DNA of 64,000 nucleotides from Scyliorhinus canicula. Lineage: Eukaryota. The notes under the pieces were generated by a model, which was not told the origin of the DNA, did not search any database, and saw only the letters and a list, made by a program, of their open reading frames with translations. Positions 1-11,029 of this stretch are shown piece after piece; the stretch's first letter is position 1; each line of letters begins with the position of its first letter. The stretch lies in NCBI RefSeq assembly GCF_902713615.1, contig NC_052153.1, positions 133,713,879 through 133,777,878 on the forward strand, given 5' to 3'. A program made the position numbers and the translations under genes.

Positions 1-320
1 TGCAGCATGAGCCTTGTTTTACCTTCTTTGTGCTGCACTCTGTGATCTCTGCACAGACAACATCAGTCACGTCCTCTGTAGGGAGCCCTTTCCACCAAGG
101 AGCCAACCCAGCAGCCTTTTCAGATCCTGAAAGATGTCAGGGATCTGAGACTGGTTGAGAATGTAGGAGTTGTGGACACTCGCTGGGAATCGTGCACTGG
201 GCTCCAGGTGCATTTGCTATGTTCGCTGACCAGTAGAACATACAGAGAGTGGAAGTCTCAAGGAACACTTGTCAATTTGAACTTTAAGATGAAGCAAGGG
301 GTTAAGAGTGCACTCCACCA
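1..320 (-). pseudogene. Degenerate PIF/Harbinger (HARBI1-like) DDE transposase fragment
   Basis: Minus-strand translation gives FHSLYV...ARFPASVHNSYILNQSQIPDIF...GWLLGGKG...*NKAHAA, matching the Harbinger motifs HSLNVQ / RWPGSVHD / WLLGDKGY; contains stops. Confidence 0.75.
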
Positions 321-321
321 T

Positions 322-548
322 GGGCAGCACGATGGCGCAGTGGGTTAGCCCTGCTGCCTCACGGCGCCGAGGTCCCAGGTTCGATCCCGGCTCTGGGTCA
401 CTGTTCGTGTGGAGTTTGCACATTCTCCCCGTGTTTGCGTGGGTTTCGCCCCCACAACCCAAAGATGTGCGGTGTGGGTCAATTGGCCACATTAAATTGC
501 CCCTTAATTGGAGAAAATGAATTGGGTATTCTAAATTTATTTTTAAAA
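322..548 (+). mobile_element. Short A-tailed tRNA-derived V-SINE (HE1-related)
   Basis: A box TGGCGCAGTGG, B box GGTTCGATCCC, V-like body, A-rich end; flanked by TSD AAGAGTGCACTCCAC(C/T)AT at ~304-321 and ~550-567. Confidence 0.9.
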
Positions 549-568
549 AAAGAGTGCACTCCACTATG

Positions 569-878
569 CGGGTGACACGATAGCATAGTGGTTAGCACTG
601 TTGCTCCACAGCGCCAGGGTCCCAGGTTCGATTCCTGGCTTGGGGTCACTGTCTGTGCGGAGTCTGCACATTCTCCCCGTGTCTGCATGGGTTTCCTCCG
701 GGTGCTCCGGTTTACTCCCACAAGTCCCAAAAGACATCCTTGTTAGGTGAATTGGACATTCTGAATTCTCCCTCGGTGTACCCAAACAGGTGATGGAGTG
801 TGGCGACTAGGGGATTTTCACAATAACTTCATTGCAGTGTTAATGTAAGCTTACCTGTGACAACAATGAAGATTAATA
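569..878 (+). mobile_element. HE1-head SINE with alternative tail ending ...CTTGTGACAATAAAGATTATT-like
   Basis: Same tRNA head and V body; 3' part homologous to copies at 20484, 51903 and 60670. Confidence 0.85.
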
Positions 879-1166
879 AGTGTTCCGTGGCCACTTATCT
901 AAGGGCATCCTCTAACTCAAACTTGCCCTGTCACCCAGTGGTTCTGCCAAACCACCTTACTCATTGGATTTGGAAGTTGGCATATGAAGTGTAAAATGTA
1001 GAGCAGTAGTCATTGGTTCCCTCAGACATGTGCTGCTTGAGTTTGACCAGCCAGCCTCCAAGCATTTCAAGCTAAACAATATCAGCTGTGATAGAGTGCT
1101 CATCTTTACTTGTTTTTCATTTGCCTGGCAGTTTTCTGCACTCCACCTCCCTAACCTCACCCCCCC

Positions 1167-1515
1167 TGTCGTGATCTCTGTACATGTATTTACACGAAGG
1201 GTTAATATGTAGCCAGTACAGTCAGATGATCACTAGAGGGCAACACTAACAGGGAGTATAAATACAAGCTCAATCTGTTTTTCCGCTCTCTTCAGGTGTG
1301 TTGAGGCTAGAGAACAGAAGTATAGTTAGCTCAGAGTGCAAATTATAATATTCAGAATTAATGTAATTGTATCTTGTTGAATTTGACTACCAGTAAAAGT
1401 ATTGAAGAATCAAACTCACAATTTAATTGATTAGTTACTCAATAAATTATTTGTTATCACTGGACGACATCATCGTCAAAGTTAAGTTCAACTCGGTATA
1501 AACAAATGAGCAACA
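1167..1515 (+). mobile_element. Probable Gypsy-type solo LTR
   Basis: TG...CA ends, TATAAAT at ~1257, AATAAA at 1441; no internal sequence adjacent. Confidence 0.45.
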
Positions 1516-1879
1516 TATGTTACTCCGGGAAATGCGACCCTGACAGTGGAAGGGGACAATCACATCCTGGATATATGCTGCCAGAAAACGTACATAGGGC
1601 CTTCTCGTATTTTCACTGACGCGCCCAACTCAATCGGGTGAGGAAAATCCCAGCCACAGAGTCTACTCACTGCAAACATAAAGGCATCTACCGTTGTTAC
1701 CAAGCTTAAATACCTTGCACCTTCTTCTCAGTAAAACAATCTAAGATTTCCTTTGATCCCTAAAAATCAAGTCATCCAAGTTTACTATTGGGCAGGCGAC
1801 AGAACAGGTCACACGACCCCTTCATTTTCCCTAAATGTAAACCTATATTGCAATCTTCTGAACCTCATAATTGTAACTC

Positions 1880-2090
1880 TGGGTAGAATAGGCAAATTTC
1901 CTTCCCTGAAGGACATCAGTGACCAATTTTCAGGACAATTCAGTAGTTTTATGGCGACCAATACTGAGACTAGCTTTTTATTCCAGATTAATTAATTAAT
2001 TGAATATAAATGTCCTAAATTTCCTTGGTGAGATTTGAACTCTTGCCTCAACAGCATAAATCTGTTTCTAGCCCAGCAACATTCACAGAC
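1880..2090 (-). mobile_element. Old tRNA-derived SINE remnant
   Basis: B-box-like GTTCAAATC on the minus strand (~2030-2041) followed by a body typical of shark SINEs; degenerate. Confidence 0.45.
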
Positions 2091-2309
2091 AAATGCGTGG
2101 CCACATTCACCTTTTCAACCACAGGCAGCACCGACTTACCCTTCTCTGAGGCTGCAAACAAAATGAAAATGTGTCCTTTTTTAAGTCGCCTGAACCTCAA
2201 CATGAGATATTACCATGAAAAAATCTTGGGGAAATGTCAGTCTTCTGATGATGTTGGCGGCTTGTGTATGCCTATTCTATTTTGTTGACAGATAATTGCA
2301 TTCATAACA

Positions 2310-2431
2310 AGGGTACGGGCCAAGAGCTGGAAAGTGGGATCAAGCTGTACAATGTTTTTTGATCAGCACAAGTAGAATGGGCTGAATGGCCTCCTTCTGT
2401 GCATCAATGTTGTATATTTCTATGTCTCTAT
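2310..2431 (+). mobile_element. CR1 LINE 3' end fragment
   Basis: GGGCTGAATGGCCTCCTTCTGTG...TTCTATG tail typical of CR1/HE1 3' ends. Confidence 0.6.
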
Positions 2432-2719
2432 CAAATGGCACAATACTTAGTAATCTTCGACCTGGACTTTTTGGGGTTTATTGATGGCAAGCTAGTCGGT
2501 CTTCACCATCATTATCCCTCTGAAACTGATGGTACCTGAAAATTTCTGCGCATGGATCAGTTAATTTAGAAATCCTGAAGTTAAAGTCTGTCTGCCTCAG
2601 ACTGCCTGCCCCTGCACCACCCCCTCACCCCCACAGTGTGCCAGCAATTAATAACATCAGTTGATGCCCAAATTGCGATGCCATTTCCACCCTCACATCA
2701 CTGTGGAAACATGATAAAC

Positions 2720-3320
2720 GGCACGATTCTCCGGAAAAATTTCCAAGCGTATAGGAATTGCCGCAGGTTTCCCGGCGATCAGCCTGGCGAGGTCAGCAAC
2801 ACTGTTCAACGTTAATTGGTCCACTTAACAAGACCTCATGGGCTTCCAGCTTAGAAGGCTGGCTCGCCAGCTGATTCACCGGGACTGCGCTCGTCAGCCC
2901 CCTTCTATTAACTTACCCTCCGGCCGTGGTCGTGTACCGGAAGCTGTGTCCCATCCACTGGGTGTTCGGATGTTTTCTGCTGCATGTGTGGTGTTGACTC
3001 CAACACAGTGCCCGGGCATCAAGGTTTGATTGGAATGCTAGGCAATGACTCCCACATGCTACATTACCTGCCCTCCCACGGGAATCCACTTGGCATGTGT
3101 CAAGTACTCAATTAACCAAGATTGCCAATTCCCTATTAGCAATTGCCAGCCGCTCAGCCAGAGGTCTCAGCAGTCGGTTGGGGTTACGGGTGATTGGTGG
3201 GGCAGACGGGCAGGGACAGGGGTTGCCCGGAATGGGGTTGGAATCGAGGGTTGGCATGGTGGTGCCGCAAGCGATTGCAGCGAAAGAGTTAGACATTGTT
3301 CAGCCAAGTGTAACTGAGTG
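2720..3320. mobile_element. Harbinger-type non-autonomous element remnant
   Basis: Starts with TIR-like CGGCACGATTCTCCG, similar to the GGGCGGGATTCTCCG TIR at 53002; GC-rich relative to flanks. Confidence 0.45.
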
Positions 3321-3376
3321 ATCTGACGCACAACTATTGTTTGAAAACAGATTTGACCCGGGATTTTATTAAATAT

Positions 3377-3981
3377 TGTTATGGGCCAGGGTTTAGAGAA
3401 CCCCGAAGTGCATCATGGAGGTCACCTGACCCACAATGTTTACTAGATTGTGGTATGGGGAGCAGATGGCCCACTCTACAGGTGTGGTACAGCAGAAATA
3501 GAAAAGTATTTTTTAAAGCAAAACAATGTTTATTCTTTGACCTCAAGTTAACCTTTTTAAAAACATACAGGGAACATCTTAGCAACCATCAATTCAAATA
3601 CAACCCCCAAAGAATATAACACTAAGTAATCCTTTAACTTTCCTTTTAGCATCCAGAAGACTTAAAAAATACCTTCAAAACAGAAGCACATCAGGTTAAA
3701 GTCACTACTGAGAGCAATTATTAGTTTTAAGTCACCAAAAGATCGATTTACAGTCTTTAGATTACAGAGAGAGAGTGACTCATACACCTTCTGTCTGTGA
3801 CTGCAGCTATCCAGCTCTGAAAACGAAAATAAAACACACACTGCAGCACACAGCCTAAAACAAAAGTAAAAAGCTGACAGACAACCCAGCTCAACCCACA
3901 CTCTGACATCACTGATAAACACACATTTCTTAAAGGTACATTTCTTAAACACCCATTTCTGAAAGGTACTTTCACATGACA
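3377..3981 (-). repeat. 3' LTR
   Basis: Direct repeat of 5082-5687; preceded on the minus strand by the PPT. Confidence 0.93.
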
Positions 3982-4240
3982 CCTCCCCCCAAGAAAAGAA
4001 AATAAACCATCAACTTCAAGATGGTTTCATTTTTCACCTTTTCACTATCCTTTAGGAAATGCACACAGTAAATATACTTTTTCATTTCAAAAAAGAACAC
4101 ATGCAAACAGGGATAATAATATAGTCCATTTTTTTCGTTCTTCTTCTGGAATCCTTCTCGATTGACAGTCTCTTTGAACAAGAAGGTCTCTGCATGACCC
4201 ATCCATTTCTCTATGCCTCAGCATGTCTCTTTAAAGTCAG

Positions 4241-4560
4241 TTACTTCAGTTCAATCTGATCACAGAGTCCCTTGTAATTCTCCAACACAGGAGCATTGGT
4301 TAACACAGCTTTCAGGCAGTCAAGTTCTTGTTGAAAGTCCGCTGTCCACTGAAATTTTCGACATGTCTTCAGCAAGTCCATTAGTGGAGCAACCACGTTA
4401 CAAAAGTTTTTCACAAATGCTCGATCAAATCTACTCAAGCCAAGAAATCGCATTATTTCTCTTTGTGTCGAGGGTATTGGAAACTCCTCAATAACTGTTG
4501 TCTTCACATCCCGTGTGACCATTCAAACCTCTCTGTTTGTATGGCCAAGGAAAGTGACTT
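4241..4560 (-). pseudogene. Gypsy RT thumb / RT-RNase H connection remnant
   Basis: IEEFPIPSTQREIMRFLGLSRF..FVKNFCNVVAPLMDLLK..KFQWTADFQ..LKAVLTNAPVL. Confidence 0.85.
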
Positions 4561-4574
4561 GGGCTTTTCCAAAT

Positions 4575-4950
4575 TCACTTTTGTTCGGCTAGGGCCATTC
4601 TTTCTTTGTTTCTTCCTTCTCTCTTCTTTTCTTTTTCTCCAATCTGTATCTCCCTTTCTCTTTCTTTATCTCTCATTACATATTCAAGCTGCTTTAATTC
4701 TTTTTCATGTTCAAGTTGCTTAATCTGCAACTGGATCTTTGCCATTCCTAATGAGTCAGACTGTATCTCAGGCAACTTTAAACGCTCAGCGACCACGATA
4801 AGTACCTCACCTTTTCGCATTTTGTCTGGTAATGTTAACTGCAATATTTTTGCAAATCTAAAAATCTGTTTTTAGTCTCTGTCCGTAAGGTACTGCCTGT
4901 GACCGTCTCCATCACCAAAAACGTCAGAGCCTCTGAAAGAGCCATTGTCC
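4575..4950 (-). pseudogene. Gypsy gag N-terminal coiled-coil remnant
   Basis: Directly downstream of the PBS; E/K/R-rich coiled coil IQLQIKQLEHEKELKQLE...REKEREREIQ. Confidence 0.65.
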
Positions 4951-5059
4951 ACAACACGCTCCCTACTTAAACTAAAATACCACACCTAAAAAGCAACCAC
5001 AATATGCTCCCTCCTCACTGTCTTTAAGTTCACTAAGCCAATCCAATAGATAGAACTTT

Positions 5060-5078
5060 ATCCCGGACCGAGCCCCCA
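5060..5078 (-). promoter_or_regulatory. Primer-binding site, tRNA-Pro type
   Basis: TGGGGGCTCGGTCCGGGAT, 3 nt after the 5' LTR; equals the tRNA-Pro PBS TGGGGGCTCGTCCGGGAT with one extra G. Confidence 0.85.
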
Positions 5079-5081
5079 ATT

Positions 5082-5687
5082 TGTTATGGGCCAGGGTTTA
5101 GCGAAACCCGAAGTGTATCATGGAGTTCATCTGACCCACAACTTTTAATAGATTGTGGTATGGGGAGCACACGACCCACTCTACAGGTGCGGTACAGCAG
5201 AAATGGAAAAGTATTTTTTAAAAGCAAAACAATGTTTATTCTATGACCTCAAGTTAACCTTTTTAAAAATATACAGTGAACATCTTAGCAACCATTAATT
5301 CAAATACAACCCCCAAAGAATACGGAACTAAGTAATCCTTTAAGCTTCCCTTTTTAACATCCAGAAGACTTTTAAAACACCTTTAAAACAGAAGCACATC
5401 AGGTTAAAGTCACTACTGAGAGCAGTTATTAGTTTTCAATCACCAAAGGATCAATTTACAGTCTTTGGATTACAGAGAGAGAGACTCATACATGTTCTGG
5501 CTGTGGCTGCAGCTATCCAGCTCTGAAAACGAAACTAAAACACACCCTGCAGCAAACAGCCTAAAACAAAAGTAAAAATCTGACAGACAACCCAGCTCCA
5601 CCCACACTCTGACATCACTGATAAACACCCATTTCTTAAAGGTACATTTCTTAAACACCCATCTCTGAAAGGCACTCTCACATGACA
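5082..5687 (-). repeat. 5' LTR
   Basis: TGTCATG...TAACA on the minus strand, followed by the PBS. Confidence 0.93.
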
Positions 5688-6112
5688 ATATTTGTAGATA
5701 TTTTTAAAATATCTCCATTATAATTAATTAATAGGTTTTTAAAACATTTTAAAATAAGAAATTCCCTAATACTTCAGCATCTACCTTGTTACAAATACAA
5801 CATTTATAAGGTTGCTATGTTTTGGAACTGTCTTCATTAATTTAAGGTAAAATGCAGGAATGAAGGAGGTCTTGTGATCTGCTTTGAATTGTGCCTGATA
5901 ATGTGGCTTTGTTGGTAAATGTTAAGGATACGTTCAGTTTTTCTTACTGGGAAGAAGGAGCAAGATGTTCACACCCATAGACAATGGTAAGAGCAGTTGT
6001 ACTGACAGTGGGTAGAACACCGGGAGCAGAGAATAATTTTAGTCTGGTTCCAGGTGAAAGCGTCCATTTAAGGCATCGTGTAAACTGAAATTTTTCGTCA
6101 AACATAAAAGTT

Positions 6113-6502
6113 TTTTTTTCCAAATTAAGGGGCAATTGAGCATGGCCAATCCACCTAAGCTGCACATTTTGTGTTGTTGGGGCAAGACCCTTGCAGACAC
6201 GAATGTGCAAACTCCACACATGATGCGGTGATACTGTTGTTGGACTGGGGTGGGCACAGTAAGAAGTCTTACAACACCAGGTTAAAGTCCAACAGGTTTG
6301 TTTTGAATCACTAGCTTTCGGAGTGCAGGTCCTTCATCGGGTGAAGGTGCTGCACTCCGAAAGCTAGTGATTCAAAACAAACCTGTTGGACTTTAGCCTC
6401 GTGTTGTAAAACTCCACACAGACAGTGACCTGGGGCCAGGATTGAGCCCAGGTCCTCACTGCCGTAGGCAGCAGTGCTAACTACTGCGCCACCATGCCGC
6501 TC
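6113..6502 (-). mobile_element. Short A-tailed V-SINE interrupted by a Penelope fragment
   Basis: TSD CAAACATAAAAGTT 6099-6112 / 6503-6516; body split at AAACTCCACACA. Confidence 0.88.
6221..6408. mobile_element. Penelope-like pLTR fold-back (inverted) insertion with hammerhead-like motifs
   Basis: Inverted arms centred at ~6340 (ATCACTAGCTTTCGGAGTGCAG / CTGCACTCCGAAAGCTAGTGAT); duplication AAACTCCACACA at 6209-6220 and 6409-6420. Confidence 0.8.
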
Positions 6503-6703
6503 CAAACATAAAAGTTAAATGGGCAAATTATTTTCTGTAGTTTAGAGTATGAACTGTGAAAAAAATATATTTAATCAATGTTGCCTTTAGTCTGTTTGTT
6601 ACAGTAAAAGTTTTTAAATCATTTGGTATGACCCTTCCAGTCAGTCACTGGAAGTATCAATTTCTTTAAAGCTATTGGTCTCCACACACATCACAATACT
6701 ACT

Positions 6704-7120
6704 CAGCATAGTTTAGCTCAGTTGGCTGGACAGCTGGTTTGTGATGCAGAGCAAGGCCAACAGTGTGGATTGAAGTCTTGTACCGGCTGAGGTTATTAAT
6801 GAATGCCCTTCCTTTTCAACCTTACCCCTCGCCTGAGGTAGGGTGACCCTCAGACTAAATGAAATTAAATGAAAATCGCTTATTGTCACAAGTAGGCTTC
6901 AAATGAAGTTACTGTGAAAAGCCCCTAGTCGCCACATTCCGGCACCTGTTCGGAGAGGCTGGTACGGGAATTTAACCATGCTGCTGGCCTGCCTTGGTCT
7001 GCTTTAAAAGCCAGCGATTTAGCCCTGTGCTAAACCAGCCCCTGTCACCATCTGTCAGCTCTCCCCCTTAAACAGAAAGCAGCCTCTTCTCACCTGGAAC
7101 TATGGTGACTTTACTTACTT
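6704..7120 (+). mobile_element. tRNA-derived SINE (resembles UCON3-type) split by a nested SINE
   Basis: A box TAGCTCAGTTGG; CCTGAGG...CCTCAG hairpin; 3' GGAACTATGGTGACTTTACTT. Confidence 0.6.
6857..7043 (-). mobile_element. tRNA SINE with (TTTCA)n end, nested
   Basis: Near-identical to 38683-38868 in the opposite orientation. Confidence 0.85.
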
Positions 7121-10100
7121 TATTTGTCATTGATATATGTGCTTGATCAACACTCATGTTTGAAGGTTGCAAATCACTTTTTGCATTGAAATTAGGAGGC
7201 CATACAGGTGTGTTTCTATGACCTGATTAAATACTTTAAACAATGATGAATGAAATGTAAAGCATGCTTATTTCCGAAAAAGATTTTTGTGAACTGGAGA
7301 TTGCTAAAACAATGTTGACCTCCAGGCTTTGGAGGTTTCAAGTAAATCACTGCAAACAATCATAGCAACATAATTAATAAAGTATGGTATCATATATTGT
7401 GTTAATAATTTTAAAAATACAAGATGAAGAATTTAACTAAAATCAGGGAAAATAATTTCACCCAAGGACAAAGTACCAGATGTGCTTAAACTTATGGGAA
7501 CAATCAAAGGTGGTCAAGGCTCTGCTGTGGGCCTTATTAAGTCAGGCTGGAATCCAGCACCTTCAACTTATTAAGCTGTCAAGAGTTTCAATGATTAAAA
7601 CCAAAAAAGGTCAGATGCAGACCTTCAGCTTTTCAGTGTACTTTTTTTTTCTCGGCCTTGGACTTAATGAAGATACTTCATTTGATAGGTGGGTTTTCCT
7701 TAAACTCTGCTTATGAGCAGGATTTGCCCAATAACTTGAGAAAATCTTCAATCGACTTTTTTTAACCCATTTCGAAAATTTTGAGAGATTCAGTTATTAA
7801 AAATCATGACCAGCAGATAAAAGACAAAGAACCTCATGGTCAGCTTTTGTATATCGTCACGGAAGAGATCAAAGGAAATAAGATGATGGGATGTAGCAAA
7901 CTTTAATTATAGGTTAGATTGAGACTGAAGGTTAGTGGGAGGTGTGGCTGTCAAGTTTAAGCATTCAGAGAGCTGACAGCTAAATTCTGATATGGTTGTC
8001 TGATATACGACAGAACACTTGATTTTCATAAATTAAAGGGCAACAGGTCTAAGTGCCTGTGTCCAAAAATTCTACTTCTGAAAACACATGACACAAAGCT
8101 ATGGTAATTATTACTATATCAGTTAGGTATGTTAAGGTCGTGTGGCATTTCTCTGAGTTGAAACATAAATATGAGACACAAGATTTGATAGATAGAAGAA
8201 TATATGGATAAGTTTGTATAACACTGCTTGAAGGGCTAACTGAAAGAACTACAGATATATTACTGTGCACATTTGTTCCAGCTTGCATTTAAAACTATCT
8301 GATAAGGCAGAGCCCTTCCTAATTTATAAAAAGAACAGTTTGAGTTTACCACATTAAGCTGTAATTAACACCCATTCCTTGTGATAAGCAGTTACATTAA
8401 ATAATTAAGGTGCTTTATTTTACATTCCTTGGAGAACAGTGACAAATAAACCATGAAACAATCGTCATTTCAAATTTTTCTACCAATTTTTAAATTGTTT
8501 GAACTCTGATTTTATTGTGCTGAAAATATGAATGGGTAATTAGAACACCTTATTTGTAGCTAATGCCTTGTACTAAAAGATTTGCAGTGTTTCCATGCAA
8601 AGCTTAAAACTTAAAAGGCATCATTAATTTTTAATCACTGGTCTGGTTTTTTCCATTTAAATTAACAAGAGCGCACAAATGGCTTGCTTTATCCATTTTG
8701 TAATTCTGACTTTGTTGAGTGTCCCTGGGTAATTACAACTTATTACTTAGTTCACATCCCCAATGGTTTCAATCAAGCAAGCCAGGTAAGCACTAATTGC
8801 TGCCAGAATTTCAAACTGGCATAAACCATTGTATCTGATAATCCTGCCATAATGCTTGTAGATCTGCCTGTCACACCTCTCAATTGATATGGCAAGTGTT
8901 TAAATTAGGATTTCTTTTAATTGATTAATTTCACTGGAAGGATTAAACTATATGATTTCATAAAGCTCATTATGGACACAGTAACGATTTATTTTTGTCA
9001 ACTTGACCCAACGTTTGAAAAGACTTTTAACCTGCGGCCTCATTTAGTGTCAATTTTTACTTGTCAAACTTAAAAGTGACTATCAGAATTTCATGATATA
9101 ACTTTTGCAAAAAAGTTAATGCAACATTTTTCATTACGTACTTCAAAGAAATGTTTTTGTAATGAGGATGCAGCTCAAAGAAAGTTTTAATAGAAAATTC
9201 CCACATAAATCAGTCTGGTAGAAGAATAAAGCATGTCAACACCAATGGTGCAGATCACCTTGAGCACTGTTCTGATGGAAAATCCCCACCTTCAGCACCA
9301 ATCCTGTGTTTCCCTCCATTCCTGCACACTCACTTGACATTGCCAACACTGTTTACCAGAGAGAAAATGGAAGCTATGCTTATATCTGAAGTTATGGAAT
9401 TCTTGAGAGATGCAGAGCCTAATAGAAAGATCCAAGCTGTTACTTGAGCCAGCATTGAGCTTCACCGGAACAGTGTAGAAATTCATGAATGGCACGATCA
9501 GTGTGGGAATGCGATCAAGACTTGAAGTGGGAGTTTAGATTTACGATTGCAGCCAGAATGAAGATGTCTAACAAAGTGGTCAACTAATTCATATTTGGTG
9601 GTCTCGAGTGCAGAAGAGACTGCAACTTAAATAATAAATACAGTATACTGAGTTAGAGGATATACCTGTAATTTGTTTTGTGATGTCGAAGAAGTGTTCA
9701 AGGTCCAGGACCATGTTATGGGTTAAGGTGCCAAGTAAAGGCAAACAAATGGCTGGGATGGTTGAAGAGGGATACGTTGCCACGTGTCACAGAGGTAATG
9801 GTCCTTTCACAGAGGGGTATGGGGAATGTTTGAGATGTGATGATCTGTCAAATACAGAGGTTGGTAACTTGAGATGAGATTGAAGACTGAGCAGTGTAAT
9901 TTAATGGGGGTGGTCAGGGGTGGTGTAATAGCACAGGCACAGGAAATGGAATGGACTCAGTCAACTCTAAAAATTATTTACAGGAGTTTGACAATTATAA
10001 ATTGAGTCTTTGAGGGGTTTTTCTGTTCCTTGTAGAACATTTCTATTGCCTGAGGTGCTTCCACAGGATCGATGTTAACAGGAACTGCAATAACGTACCT

Positions 10101-10496
10101 CTTCTGGCACAGGCGGTTTATCACTATTTGCTTCCACGGAGTTATCGTTATGTCGATAACAGGTCGATCAGGTGCTTAAAGGTTCTGCTGGAGCGTCTCT
10201 CCACTTCTGAAGCAGTCCAGATGTTTGCAAATGATCCGTGCCTCCATATCTGCTTGGTATGAAAGGGGTCCGGTCTGAGAGACAATAGTTCTGGGGATCC
10301 AAATTGATCTACTCGATCTCACATACACAATTTCATTTACCATAAAGGATCATGCTGTACTATGTGAATTATGGCTTGCTTTCTGATTACTTTGGCTGGC
10401 TTCTACCCTCCCTGGCAAATTTGGAAACAGAGGCTCAGATTCTTCTGAGACAATGTTTCATTAACATTTCTGCCAATGGAACTCCTTTGTTACATT

Positions 10497-10855
10497 TATA
10501 GATACATAGATACATAGAACAGTACAGCACAGAACAGGCCCTTCGGCCCTCGATGTTGTGCCGAGCAATGATCACCCCACTCAAGTCAACGTATCCACCC
10601 TATACCAGTAACCCAACAACCCCCCCCCCCCATTAACCTTTTTTTTTAGGACACTAAGGGCAATTTAGCATGGCCAATCCACCTAACCCGCACATCTTTG
10701 GACTGTGGGAGGAAACCGGAGCACCTGGAGGAAACCCACGCACACACGGGGAGGACGTACAGACTCCGCACAGACAGTGACCCAGCCGGGAATCAAACCT
10801 GGGACCCTGGAGCTGTGAAGCATTTATGCTAACCACCATGCTACCGTGCTGCCCT
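10497..10855 (-). mobile_element. HE1-type SINE with CR1-derived tail
   Basis: tRNA head, V body, GGGCCGAAGGGCCTGTTCTGTGCTGTACTGTTCTATGT tail. Confidence 0.9.
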
Positions 10856-11029
10856 GGGGTAGGTACAACAGACATGGCAGTGCTTTCACACAGGCCTGGA
10901 TCTGATTGAGTTCTGCCAGGCTATAGAAGTGTAGTCAGGGTGTCAGACTGAATCCTTTGGTTGACACAGCCACTCCAATTTGCACCAATGTAATGAAAGT
11001 ATTCAGGAGCGGGCATTCAATTCTTGAAT

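Larger units (their letters stand above)
3377..5687 (-). mobile_element. Non-autonomous, internally deleted Gypsy LTR retrotransposon
   Basis: Two ~605-bp LTRs (3377-3981, 5082-5687) with TG..CA ends; 4-bp TSD ATAT (3373-3376, 5688-5691); PBS 5060-5078; PPT GGGGGGAGG 3982-3990; ~1.1-kb interior with gag and RT/RNase H remnants. Confidence 0.93.

Noticed and set aside
322-400. tRNA-like A/B boxes as tRNA genes
   Set aside because: SINE heads without a full cloverleaf or Pol III terminator, continuing into SINE bodies.
217-785. Recurrent short ORFs of the type GRMCKLHTDSDP / HCPCGVCTFSP throughout the window
   Set aside because: Translations of SINE copies, not a protein family.
6240-6420. 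Dispersed repeats and palindromes as a CRISPR array
   Set aside because: Eukaryotic TE context; no regularly spaced repeat-spacer units and no cas genes.
9400-9900. Possible very old Harbinger N-terminal remnant on the minus strand
   Set aside because: Only a faint MNFY-like resemblance; too degenerate to support.
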